Under the pieces are notes generated by a model, which was not told the DNA's origin, ran no database searches, and saw only the letters and a list, made by a program, of their open reading frames with translations. From the NCBI GenBank assembly GCA_041658425.1, contig JBBAAF010000002.1, forward strand, positions 57,156-121,155: a DNA stretch of 64,000 bases. The letters are read 5' to 3'. A program made the position numbers and the translations under genes. The DNA is from Bacteroidales bacterium. Its GTDB lineage: Bacteria > Bacteroidota > Bacteroidia > Bacteroidales > UBA12481. This document shows positions 53,214-62,462 of the stretch, piece by piece (within the stretch, counting starts at the first letter, position 1; the number at the start of each line of letters is the position of its first letter).

Positions 53214-55742
53214 ATGAGATTCTTTAGGAAAGAACTTCTGCTGGGCCTTGCTGCTGTTCCGTTTACCATTCCGCAAAGTTGCCGGATGGAGCCGATCAGG
53301 CCTAACATTATTTATATACTGGCAGATGACCTTGGGTACGGCGATTTATGTTGTTACGGCGCAACAAAGGTTACAACCCCGAATTGTGATCGTTTAGCAA
53401 AAGAGGGAATGCGTTTTACCGATGCTCATAGTAGTTCGGCAGTGTCGACCCCTACACGATATGGAATACTCACCGGGCAGTATTGCTGGCGCAGTTGGTT
53501 GAAAAATTGGGTATTATGGGAAAATATGCCGCTTTTAATAGATACTTCCAGGCTAACGGTTGCAAGCATGCTGAAACAGGTGGGTTACACTACCGGCTGC
53601 ATTGGGAAATGGCACCTGGGCTGGGGAAATAATCCAGATCACGAATGGACCGGTGAGGTGAAACCCGGCCCGCGGGAAGTTGGTTTCGATTATTATTTCG
53701 GTGTCCCCCATAGCCATAATTCACCTGCCTATTTGCAGGTATTCATGGAAAACAGCCACATAGTCGGATTAAATCCGGGAGAAGACCTTCATGATGAGGC
53801 AATCATAAAAAGGGTTCAAAGAAATCCGGATGAGACTGCGATAAACCTCTCCGATCGGGCAGTACGATTTATTGAGGATAATAAGGATAAACCCTTCTTT
53901 CTTTATTATCCGGTAGTGAATATCCATTCCCCACTTACACCGAATCCCCGTTTTCAGGGTAAAAGCGATGCCGGGCTTTATGGCGATTTTATAGCTGAAT
54001 TCGATTGGGCGGTGGGTGAAATACTTGAAACCCTGGATCGGCTGGGACTTTCGGAAAAGACGATAATCATTTTAACCAGCGATAATGGCGCTTCTTCTGA
54101 AGCAGCCGCTTTCGGCCTCAAATCCAATGCTCCCTGGCGGGGAGAAAAATGCCAGATCTATGAAGGGGGACACCGGGTACCATTCATCGTGCGATGGCCC
54201 GGCAAGATCAAACCCGGTACCATCAGTGACGAAACAACTTGTCTGACCGATTTCATGGCCACCAGTGCTGCAATTGTGGGATATACTCTTCCCGGAAATG
54301 CCGCGGAGGACAGCTATAATATGTTGCCAGTGCTGCTGGGTAAAAAAATCGACAAACCGGTCAGGGAGTCGACCATACATCATTCTCTTTCAGGCATGTT
54401 CGCGATCCGTCAAGGGAAGTGGAAACTCATAGAAGGTCTGGGGGATGGCGGTCCGGAAATCGGACCGGCAACTGATGCCAGTGCTGAAGGCAAACCGGAG
54501 ATGGATGCTTCTAACGGTAAATTCAAAGATCTGATTTACTATTTTCCTCCCCCGCCCCAACCGGCACCAGGAGATCCTGAGGGGCAATTGTATGACCTGG
54601 AAAATGATCCCGGAGAAACTAAAAACCTTTGGAATGAACAACCTGAAATTGTTTTAAAACTTCAGCAATTATTGGAGAAAACTAAACGGACTGAATCAGA
54701 TTTCGACAAACCGGTTAAGAAAAGCAGAACAGTTGTAACAATTAAAAAGGACCGGTTTTATATCAATGATCAGATCACATACCCCGGACGTTTTTGGAAG
54801 GAGAACAAAATTGAAGGCCTTTTAATGAACTCCAGGATGGTTCAGGGAATCTTTGATGACCTTAATCCTCAAACAATTAATAAATGGATCTATCCCGACA
54901 CCAGAAAATGGGATCCGGACCGGAATTCAAATGAGTTTGTACTCAATATGAAAAAATGGTACGATTACGGGCTCCTCTCTTTCACAATTAACCTGCAGGG
55001 AGGCAGTCCTCAGGGATATTCACAGGAACAGCCGTGGTTAAATTCTGCGTATACCTATGATGGTAAGCTGCGTCCGGAATATATGGAACGGCTGGAACGT
55101 ATTCTGAACAAGGCCGATGAAATAGGAATGGTCCCCATACTCGGCCTGTTCTATTTCGGACAGGACCAACGGCTGCAGGATGAAACTGCAATAATGAATG
55201 CCATTGACCATGTTCTGGAATGGCTGTTTGACAGGAATTACCGTAATATTCTGATAGAGATCAATAATGAGTGCAATGTTAAATACGACCATGACATCCT
55301 TAAGCCAGACAGGGTGCATGAACTGATTGAATATGTTAAGCGGAAGAATAGAAACGGCTTCTGTTATTATGCAGGGACCAGCTATGGCGGCAGGTTCATC
55401 CCGCTTACGAATGTAGTTAAGGCTTCCGATTTCATTCTGCTGCACGGTAATGGAGAAAAGAATCCCGATAACATACTTGCCATGGTGCAGAAGACAAGGG
55501 TCGTGCCTGGATATACACCAAAACCGATTTTATTCAATGAAGATGACCATTTCGATTTTAATAAGGATTGGAATAACTTTACTGCTGCCGTAACCGGGTA
55601 TGCATCATGGGGATACTTTGATTACCGAATGAAAGACGAGCCCTATGAAGCTGGCTATCAAAGCATACCGGTTGATTGGGGAATAAACTCCGAAAGAAAG
55701 AAGTCCTTTTTTAATTTGCTGAAACAAATCACGGGATATTAA
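53214..55742 (+). CDS. Ser-type S1 sulfatase fused to a TIM-barrel-like (clan GH-A-like) C-terminal domain of about 340 aa
   Basis: 842-aa ORF. Sulfatase domain (IIYILADDLGYGD, SSSAVSTPTRYGILTG, GKWHLG, LTSDNG) runs to about residue 495. The C-terminal domain contains an IEINNEC block (Glu686 at nt 55269-55271). Confidence 0.8.
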   Translation: MRFFRKELLLGLAAVPFTIPQSCRMEPIRPNIIYILADDLGYGDLCCYGATKVTTPNCDRLAKEGMRFTDAHSSSAVSTPTRYGILTGQYCWRSWLKNWVLWENMPLLIDTSRLTVASMLKQVGYTTGCIGKWHLGWGNNPDHEWTGEVKPGPREVGFDYYFGVPHSHNSPAYLQVFMENSHIVGLNPGEDLHDEAIIKRVQRNPDETAINLSDRAVRFIEDNKDKPFFLYYPVVNIHSPLTPNPRFQGKSDAGLYGDFIAEFDWAVGEILETLDRLGLSEKTIIILTSDNGASSEAAAFGLKSNAPWRGEKCQIYEGGHRVPFIVRWPGKIKPGTISDETTCLTDFMATSAAIVGYTLPGNAAEDSYNMLPVLLGKKIDKPVRESTIHHSLSGMFAIRQGKWKLIEGLGDGGPEIGPATDASAEGKPEMDASNGKFKDLIYYFPPPPQPAPGDPEGQLYDLENDPGETKNLWNEQPEIVLKLQQLLEKTKRTESDFDKPVKKSRTVVTIKKDRFYINDQITYPGRFWKENKIEGLLMNSRMVQGIFDDLNPQTINKWIYPDTRKWDPDRNSNEFVLNMKKWYDYGLLSFTINLQGGSPQGYSQEQPWLNSAYTYDGKLRPEYMERLERILNKADEIGMVPILGLFYFGQDQRLQDETAIMNAIDHVLEWLFDRNYRNILIEINNECNVKYDHDILKPDRVHELIEYVKRKNRNGFCYYAGTSYGGRFIPLTNVVKASDFILLHGNGEKNPDNILAMVQKTRVVPGYTPKPILFNEDDHFDFNKDWNNFTAAVTGYASWGYFDYRMKDEPYEAGYQSIPVDWGINSERKKSFFNLLKQITGY

Positions 55743-55750
55743 GAAAAACC

Positions 55751-57124
55751 ATGAAACAACCACTTCAATCTCTAAGAAACAACCTGATATTATCATCTTT
55801 CGCGATAAGTGTATCTGCCATGATAATGTTCGGTTCATGTCATCAAACCCAACCGGAATCCAAAGGAAAAGCCCTCACCACTGAGCATTTGCAGGCCGCC
55901 GGTGATGGTGCAGCTGATTCGATTCGTCGTGAATGGTTTCGTCAGGCACATTTTGGAATGTTTATTCACATGGGAGCTTACTCAGTGGCTGCCAGGGGAG
56001 AATGGGTAATGAACAGGGAACTTATTCCCTTTGAAGAGTACAAGGAAAAATATGCGGAAAAATTTACGGCAGAGAATTTTGATCCTGAAAAATGGGTTGA
56101 AATTGCCATAAATGCCGGCATGAAATACATTGTCTTTGGAGCACGGCATCATGACGGTTTTTGCCTGTGGGATACCAGGACAAAAGAATTCAATTCCATG
56201 AATTACGGACCAAAAAAGGACCTTGTACGGCTTTTTGTGGATGCTGTCAGAAAATCAGGGTTAAAGGTGGGGCTATATTATTCTGCGGCCGATTGGACTC
56301 ATCCGGATTATCCTCCTTTTGAAAGGGACTGGCCCACAACCTGGCGCAGTGAAGAGGCACGTATACGATTTGTAGAATTTTATAAAAGCCAGGTAAGGGA
56401 GTTAATGACAAATTATGGTAAGATAGATATTCTGTGGTGGGATGGCACTGCTCCTGAAGATGGACTCGAAGGGGAGGCAATCAATAAGGAAGTATATAAA
56501 CTTCAACCCGGAATATTAATAAATAACCGGAATGGTGAACCCTTTGATTTTGGAACCCCTGAGAATGTAATTAAAGAAGGAGCCAGGGGAAGACCATGGG
56601 AAACTTGCCTGACCATGAACGACAACTGGGGTTATCATGCTACAGACCACAATTTTAAAAGTTCCAAAGAGGTAATAAAATCACTGATCAGATGTGTTTC
56701 GCTCGGAGGTAACCTCTTGTTGAATGTTGGTCCGAAGCCTGATGGGACATTCCCTGAGGAATCTATAAAGATTCTAGCGGAAGTCGGTGATTGGCTTAAA
56801 AAAAATCACGAATTCATCGATGGGCAGACCGGCAGGTCTGATTTTACTGATCTTTGGAACAATAGTCTGATTCCTACGGTAAAGGGGAATAAATTTTATC
56901 TGCACTTTAATAATCCGCCTGCTGACGGGGAATTTTGCTATGCGGAAATTAGGAACGAAGTCCTTTCAGTTAAATTTCTGGAAACAGGTAAGTGTATTGA
57001 ATTTAAAAAAACCGGACCCAGGTTATTTCTATTAAACCTCCCCAAATTTGATGAAAACAAGATCACAACGGTTGTTATTGAAGTAAAGGGAAAACTTGAA
57101 GTAGCACAGATCAGGACTGATTGA
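55751..57124 (+). CDS. Glycoside hydrolase family 29 alpha-L-fucosidase lipoprotein
   Basis: 457-aa ORF with a lipobox (FGSC). GH29 motifs are present (WFRQAHFGMFIHMGAYSV, GARHHDGFCLWDT, ILWWD). Confidence 0.9.
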   Translation: MKQPLQSLRNNLILSSFAISVSAMIMFGSCHQTQPESKGKALTTEHLQAAGDGAADSIRREWFRQAHFGMFIHMGAYSVAARGEWVMNRELIPFEEYKEKYAEKFTAENFDPEKWVEIAINAGMKYIVFGARHHDGFCLWDTRTKEFNSMNYGPKKDLVRLFVDAVRKSGLKVGLYYSAADWTHPDYPPFERDWPTTWRSEEARIRFVEFYKSQVRELMTNYGKIDILWWDGTAPEDGLEGEAINKEVYKLQPGILINNRNGEPFDFGTPENVIKEGARGRPWETCLTMNDNWGYHATDHNFKSSKEVIKSLIRCVSLGGNLLLNVGPKPDGTFPEESIKILAEVGDWLKKNHEFIDGQTGRSDFTDLWNNSLIPTVKGNKFYLHFNNPPADGEFCYAEIRNEVLSVKFLETGKCIEFKKTGPRLFLLNLPKFDENKITTVVIEVKGKLEVAQIRTD

Positions 57125-57219
57125 TATATATGTTACTGAATCCATGGGATATAAGTGAAAACACTATGATCATACATGATTTTCATGAATTTCAGATTAA
57201 CTAATTTAAAAACTTTAAT

Positions 57220-59139
57220 ATGAAAACTATTAAATGGCTGATAATTAGTGTCTTATTTTGTTTACCAAGCATTCTTTGCGGGCAGGAAAATAATGAAAGG
57301 AACATCTTCAGTGATGTAAATGATAACCAACTGGCTAATGGAGAAAAATTTATATTCTGGGAAACTAAACAAAAGTATTCCAGAACATATTATGTGGATA
57401 TAAAAAATCTTCGTGCATCGGATACGAATGATGGGTCTGAAAAAAAACCTTTTAAAACCATCTCAAAAGCTGCGGAAATACTTAACCCCGGAGAAAGGGT
57501 AATTATCAGGGAAGGAACATATAGGGAAGCAATTCATCCGTTACAGGGGGGCAAGAGTTCTGAGGAAATGATCACTTATGAAGCAGAAAAAAATGCAAAA
57601 GTTATTGTAAGTGGATCAATAATTTTAAAATCGGAGGAATGGACAGAAGGCAAGGGATGGGATTATGCCAGGGATATTGATGTGAATGAGAAAAATAAGA
57701 CTGCGGGAATTAAGATCTGGCAATTTGACTTTCACCCTGAGGACTTCATGGGATATAATCCATTTGGAATGGTTAATTTATTACATGAACGTGAAGCTAT
57801 GGATTTCAAAGAAGTAATTCCCGATCCTTATTTTAAACGGCGTGGAATGGTTTTTCTTGATGGAAAACCACTGGAGCAAGTACTATCACCAACTGCATTG
57901 TTATTGAAAAAGGAAGGTGCATTCTGGGTAGAACATAATGGCATGAGAATCCATGTTAGGTTTCCGGGAGATAAGGGCCCAGGTGATTTTTTAATTGAAG
58001 CGACTGCAAAAGAACAGGTCTTCGTACCCAAACATTATGGATTTGGATATATTAAGATTAATGGGATTACTTTCCGGCACTGTGGAAATGGGTTCCCTGT
58101 ACCACAGCGAGGAATGGTTTCTTCCAATCGTGGTCACCACTGGATTATTGAGAACTGTACAATTGAGTGGGCAAATTCCCTGGGAATGGATATAGGAAAT
58201 GAAATGTGGTATACAACTCCTCAGCCCCTGATCGGTTTTCACATTGTTAGAAACAACATAATCAGACAATGCGGTATTGGAGGGTTGGAAGGATACAGAG
58301 GTATTAGTTTATTGATTGAAGATAACTTGTTTGAAAATATCGGATGGCAGGATGCGGAATTTGCCTGGGAATCAGGAGCAATTAAGCTTCACAGGGCAGA
58401 GAATTGCCTGATCAGGAGAAACGTTTTCAGGTACATTATCCATGCGCCTGGATTATGGTTGGATTATCTTTCGAATAAAAATTGCCGCATCACGAAGAAT
58501 GTTTTTTCAGATATCACCACTGCGTTAGGCGCGTTATATGTAGAAGCAAGCGTACATGATTGTGTTATAGATCATAATATAATTCACAGAGTGAAGGGTC
58601 CCTCCTGGATAGCAGTGGGTTACGACCCGGGAGGGAATGGCTGTATAGGAAGTGGAACGGATAGTGTCAGGTTTGAAAACAACCTGATAATTGATATAGA
58701 AAATACCGGGTATGCCTCTTTTCTTGATGAATGGCAGACTAACCGGATGGTACTCAACAGAGGAGGAATTGCACGGTTTCACAAGGTGACTGATAATATC
58801 TTTATTAACTGCGGGAAACATGCTATCGAATTCCCCAATGAATTTAATTATGCAGATGGGAATGTTTACAGTAAGATGCCTCCAGGCTACATTAAAATAA
58901 AACATCCTGAGCCTAATCTCAAGCTTGACATGGAAACCAGTCAGCTGCTATTTGGATGGGAAAAGAAAGGCAGCATACAAGTAATTGATGCAACACTTGA
59001 TACAGAATTACTGGAGCTTTCATTACTGGTTGCTCCGGACACCGCAAATAAAATTATCAAAGCTGGCCCATTCAGGATAAATGGCACAATGAAGAATATC
59101 AACATTGATCCAAGAAAAGGAAATAAGTCCGACCTATGA
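57220..59139 (+). CDS. Secreted right-handed parallel beta-helix protein (DUF1565/pectate-lyase-fold-like)
   Basis: 639-aa ORF with a signal peptide. N-terminal DUF1565-like motif (ASDTNDGSEKKPFKTISKAAEILNPGERVIIREGTYRE), followed by reiterated N/I/G-rich coils (IENCTIEW, IVRNNIIRQCG, IEDNLFENIG, IRRNVF, ITKNVF, IDHNIIH, FENNLIIDI, VTDNIFINCG). Confidence 0.7.
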   Translation: MKTIKWLIISVLFCLPSILCGQENNERNIFSDVNDNQLANGEKFIFWETKQKYSRTYYVDIKNLRASDTNDGSEKKPFKTISKAAEILNPGERVIIREGTYREAIHPLQGGKSSEEMITYEAEKNAKVIVSGSIILKSEEWTEGKGWDYARDIDVNEKNKTAGIKIWQFDFHPEDFMGYNPFGMVNLLHEREAMDFKEVIPDPYFKRRGMVFLDGKPLEQVLSPTALLLKKEGAFWVEHNGMRIHVRFPGDKGPGDFLIEATAKEQVFVPKHYGFGYIKINGITFRHCGNGFPVPQRGMVSSNRGHHWIIENCTIEWANSLGMDIGNEMWYTTPQPLIGFHIVRNNIIRQCGIGGLEGYRGISLLIEDNLFENIGWQDAEFAWESGAIKLHRAENCLIRRNVFRYIIHAPGLWLDYLSNKNCRITKNVFSDITTALGALYVEASVHDCVIDHNIIHRVKGPSWIAVGYDPGGNGCIGSGTDSVRFENNLIIDIENTGYASFLDEWQTNRMVLNRGGIARFHKVTDNIFINCGKHAIEFPNEFNYADGNVYSKMPPGYIKIKHPEPNLKLDMETSQLLFGWEKKGSIQVIDATLDTELLELSLLVAPDTANKIIKAGPFRINGTMKNINIDPRKGNKSDL

Positions 59140-60617
59140 TACCACAACCATTTGCCCCTGCTGCTCTAAGTATTTCTGCAACAATTATTGTATTAGCCTG
59201 TGCAGGTTCTGAAAAACTTTCCGGACAAGTTCAGCCGAAGCCTAATGTATTATTTATTGTTATGGATGATCTTCGTACAGAATTGGGCTGCTATGGATCT
59301 GTGATGGTGAAATCACCCAACATCGATCGGTTAGCAAATCAAGGTGTAATGTTTAACAGGGCCTACTGTCAGCAGGCTATCTGTATGGCCTCAAGGGCTA
59401 GTTTGTTCACCGGATTAATGCCGACAAAAAACCACATATATACTTCTCTATCAGTTGATAGCCTTATGCCAAAAGTACTTACCCTGAACAAATACTTCAG
59501 CCAAAATGATTACAATGTAGCAGGGATAGGGAAACTATATCATTACAAAGAAGATCATATTAAACAGTTTGGCGAAACCTGGCTTGAAGATGAACCTGGT
59601 TCAAGGGAAACGGGCAGGGGCTATCTGACTCCTGAAGCCATTAGCCAGATTGAAAACGAGAAAGGCCCGGCATGGGAAATTGCAGACGTCATGGATAATG
59701 AATACCGGGATGGTTTTTATGCTGAATGGGCCGTACAGAAACTTGGGGAACTGAAACAAACTAACCAGCCATTCTTTTTGGGTATAGGTTTCAGAAAGCC
59801 ACACCTCCCTTTTTGTGCACCCAAAAAATACTGGGACCTATATCCTCACGACAGCATTATTCTGGCTGAGAATCCCTTTTATCCGGAAAACGGTTCTGTT
59901 CATGGTTGGAATAATTCAGTTGAACTTAGAACATATACCAATATTCCTGACGGGAATGAACCGATTTCAGATGAAACCTCCAGGATGCTCATTCATGGCT
60001 ATTACGCCTGCGTTTCCTACGTTGATGCACAGGTTGGCATAGTCCTGAATGCGCTTGACAGCTTGGGATTGGCTCAAAATACCATTGTTGTGCTCTTAGG
60101 CGATAATGGATGGAAACTTGGGGAACATGGTATGTGGGGCAAGCATACTAACTTTGAACTTGATACCAATGTACCTTTGATTATTAGAGCTCCCGGTATG
60201 GCCAACGGCAAACAGTCTGCGTCATTTGTACAAGTTCTCGACATTTATCCCACACTATGCAGTTTATGTGAATTGAATATACCTGAAAATATCGATGGAA
60301 TTAACCTGATACCAGTCCTCCAGAATCCTTCCAAGGCAGTCAGAAATGAAGCCTTCAGTTTATGGCCTTCCAATGAAACCATAGATACTGATTCCATTCA
60401 TGTGATCTTAGGTTTTTCGATACGAACCAATGATTTTAGGTATATCGAATGGACACATCTGGCCTCAGGTAAAGTTGTCTCCAGGGAATTGTACGATCAT
60501 AGGAATGATCCCGGTGAAAATAAGAATGTATCGAAATTACAACAATACAGGAAAACGCTCAGGCAATTGTCCACTAGGCTTGAATTTATTTTATCCAGTC
60601 AGCCAAAAAACCAATGA
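59136..60617 (+). CDS. S1 sulfatase, iduronate-2-sulfatase-like, with a C-x-A-x-R FGly motif
   Basis: 493-aa ORF with FIVMDDLR, QQAICMASRASLFTG, GIGKLYH and LLGDNGW. Its ATG overlaps the upstream stop (ATGA). Confidence 0.9.
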   Translation: MIPQPFAPAALSISATIIVLACAGSEKLSGQVQPKPNVLFIVMDDLRTELGCYGSVMVKSPNIDRLANQGVMFNRAYCQQAICMASRASLFTGLMPTKNHIYTSLSVDSLMPKVLTLNKYFSQNDYNVAGIGKLYHYKEDHIKQFGETWLEDEPGSRETGRGYLTPEAISQIENEKGPAWEIADVMDNEYRDGFYAEWAVQKLGELKQTNQPFFLGIGFRKPHLPFCAPKKYWDLYPHDSIILAENPFYPENGSVHGWNNSVELRTYTNIPDGNEPISDETSRMLIHGYYACVSYVDAQVGIVLNALDSLGLAQNTIVVLLGDNGWKLGEHGMWGKHTNFELDTNVPLIIRAPGMANGKQSASFVQVLDIYPTLCSLCELNIPENIDGINLIPVLQNPSKAVRNEAFSLWPSNETIDTDSIHVILGFSIRTNDFRYIEWTHLASGKVVSRELYDHRNDPGENKNVSKLQQYRKTLRQLSTRLEFILSSQPKNQ

Positions 60618-60711
60618 ATATAAGGTGTTCAAAAACCGCATTGTAGGAATTCTGTTCAATTCAGGGTAAGAACCAGTAATTCAGCTTTAGAAAAAGTAAA
60701 TAACAAATAAT

Positions 60712-62280
60712 ATGAATGAAATGAAAAGAAAAATAAATTGTTTAAAAGTGCTATCAACAGCCAGTTTGATGATTACAGGCACTTTGGTTTCATGTCATAC
60801 TGAATCCAAAGATGTTATTGGGAAAATCAAAAGTAAATCCAATATTTTATTTTTATTTGCCGACGACCAGAGGGCAGATGCACTGGGAGCCACGGGTAAT
60901 ACTTATATCAATACCCCAAATATCGATAATCTTGCGAAGACAGGTGTTCGTTTCTCCAATTGTTATGTGATGGGGGGGCATCATGGGGCGATTTGCGCAC
61001 CCAGTCGGGCCATGCTGTTGAGTGGAAAAAACTTGTTCCATGTGTATGACGTGCTGGACGGTGTTAAAACAATGCCAATGCATTTTGCTCAAAATGGCTA
61101 CGAAACTTTTGGTACCGGGAAATGGCACAACGGAGGTAAAACTTTCGAAGCTTCATTCCAAAAAGGTAAAAACGTGTTTCTGGGAGGAATGTGCAATCAT
61201 TATATTGTCCCCTGCCAGGATTTAGGTCCGGATGGAAAATTATCGGAACCGGTGAATAAGGGTTACTCAACAGATCTTTTTGCCCAGGCAGCGATGGATT
61301 TTATCAACGAATATGCCAACGGTAAGAAGGAAAAACCCTTCTTCTGCTATGTAGCATTTACAGCACCTCATGACCCGCGTTCACCACGTGAAGATTACAT
61401 TGGGATGTATCCCGATGAGTCAATACCAGTACCTGGTAACTTTATGAAGCTTCATCCATTCGCATTCGATCAGCTAGATATCAGGGACGAAACCCTTGCC
61501 CCATGGCCTCGTACACCGGAAATCATCCAGGCATCGTTAGCGGATTATTATGCGTTGATCTCACACCTGGATGCTAAAGTTGGAGAAATCATCGAAACCT
61601 TAAAAAAGAATAGTTTGTATGACAAAACAATTATCATATATTCCGCCGATAACGGATTAGCAATCGGCAGTCATGGTTTGCTGGGAAAACAAAGTCTGTA
61701 TGAAGACTGTATGAAAGTACCATTGATATTCACTGGCCCGGGAATTCCAAAAGCAAAAGTTTCAGACGCACTTGTTTACCTGTATGATATTTTTCCAACC
61801 CTGAGTAACCTTAGTAAATTACCAGTCCCTGAAGGAATCGACGGGAAAGATATTACTCCGGTTATCAGGGGAACAGCGGAAGGGGTTCGAACATCTCTGT
61901 ATACCGTTTACCGAAATACTGTCCGTGCGGTCCGAACCAAAGAATGGAAACTGATTCGCTATCCTGAACGGAACTACACCCAACTTTTCAATCTTGAAAA
62001 AGATCCGTTGGAGATCAATAATCTTGCAGCGCGACCCGAATACCAAACCAAAGTATATGAAATGATGGATATTCTGAAAGATTGGTATATGGCAACCGAT
62101 GATACAGCATCCTTAACACCTAAAACTATTTTACCTTTGGAATACGACTATAAAAAATTGAAACAGGTACCCGATGAGAACCAGCCTGAATATATTTTGA
62201 AGAAGTACTTTAATAAAGTGAAAATATATGATCCTGTTGAATCGGGTGTGAATGAAAGATCTGAAAAAAGCCCCTATTAA
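60712..62280 (+). CDS. S1 sulfatase (Cys-type, CAPSR)
   Basis: 522-aa ORF with a lipoprotein-like signal (LVSC), plus LFLFADDQRAD, GAICAPSRAMLLSG, GTGKWH and YSADNG. The last 25 codons or so appear to derive from a beta-helix gene remnant. Confidence 0.9.
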   Translation: MNEMKRKINCLKVLSTASLMITGTLVSCHTESKDVIGKIKSKSNILFLFADDQRADALGATGNTYINTPNIDNLAKTGVRFSNCYVMGGHHGAICAPSRAMLLSGKNLFHVYDVLDGVKTMPMHFAQNGYETFGTGKWHNGGKTFEASFQKGKNVFLGGMCNHYIVPCQDLGPDGKLSEPVNKGYSTDLFAQAAMDFINEYANGKKEKPFFCYVAFTAPHDPRSPREDYIGMYPDESIPVPGNFMKLHPFAFDQLDIRDETLAPWPRTPEIIQASLADYYALISHLDAKVGEIIETLKKNSLYDKTIIIYSADNGLAIGSHGLLGKQSLYEDCMKVPLIFTGPGIPKAKVSDALVYLYDIFPTLSNLSKLPVPEGIDGKDITPVIRGTAEGVRTSLYTVYRNTVRAVRTKEWKLIRYPERNYTQLFNLEKDPLEINNLAARPEYQTKVYEMMDILKDWYMATDDTASLTPKTILPLEYDYKKLKQVPDENQPEYILKKYFNKVKIYDPVESGVNERSEKSPY

Positions 62281-62420
62281 AACCCTCTCAAAAGCTACTG
62301 AGATATAAAAGCCTGAAGAAAAGGTAATTATTAGGGGACGAACAAACAGAGTTGCTATTGATCCTGAACAAGAAGGCGGAATTTATGGGGAAAAGTTAAC
62401 TATAGAAATTATTGGATACC
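62206..62420 (+). pseudogene. Remnant of a beta-helix (DUF1565-like) gene, paralogous to codons 55-125 of the 57220 gene
   Basis: Nucleotide and peptide similarity to 57390-57600 (PIKTLSKATEI-stop-KPEEKVIIRGRTNRVAIDP against PFKTISKAAEILNPGERVIIREGTYREAIHP). There is a 1-nt indel and an in-frame TAA at 62306-62308. No signal peptide and no helix body follow. Confidence 0.65.
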
Positions 62421-62462
62421 AATATTTTATTCTAATTGTTTTTCTAACGAATAATTTGAAAC

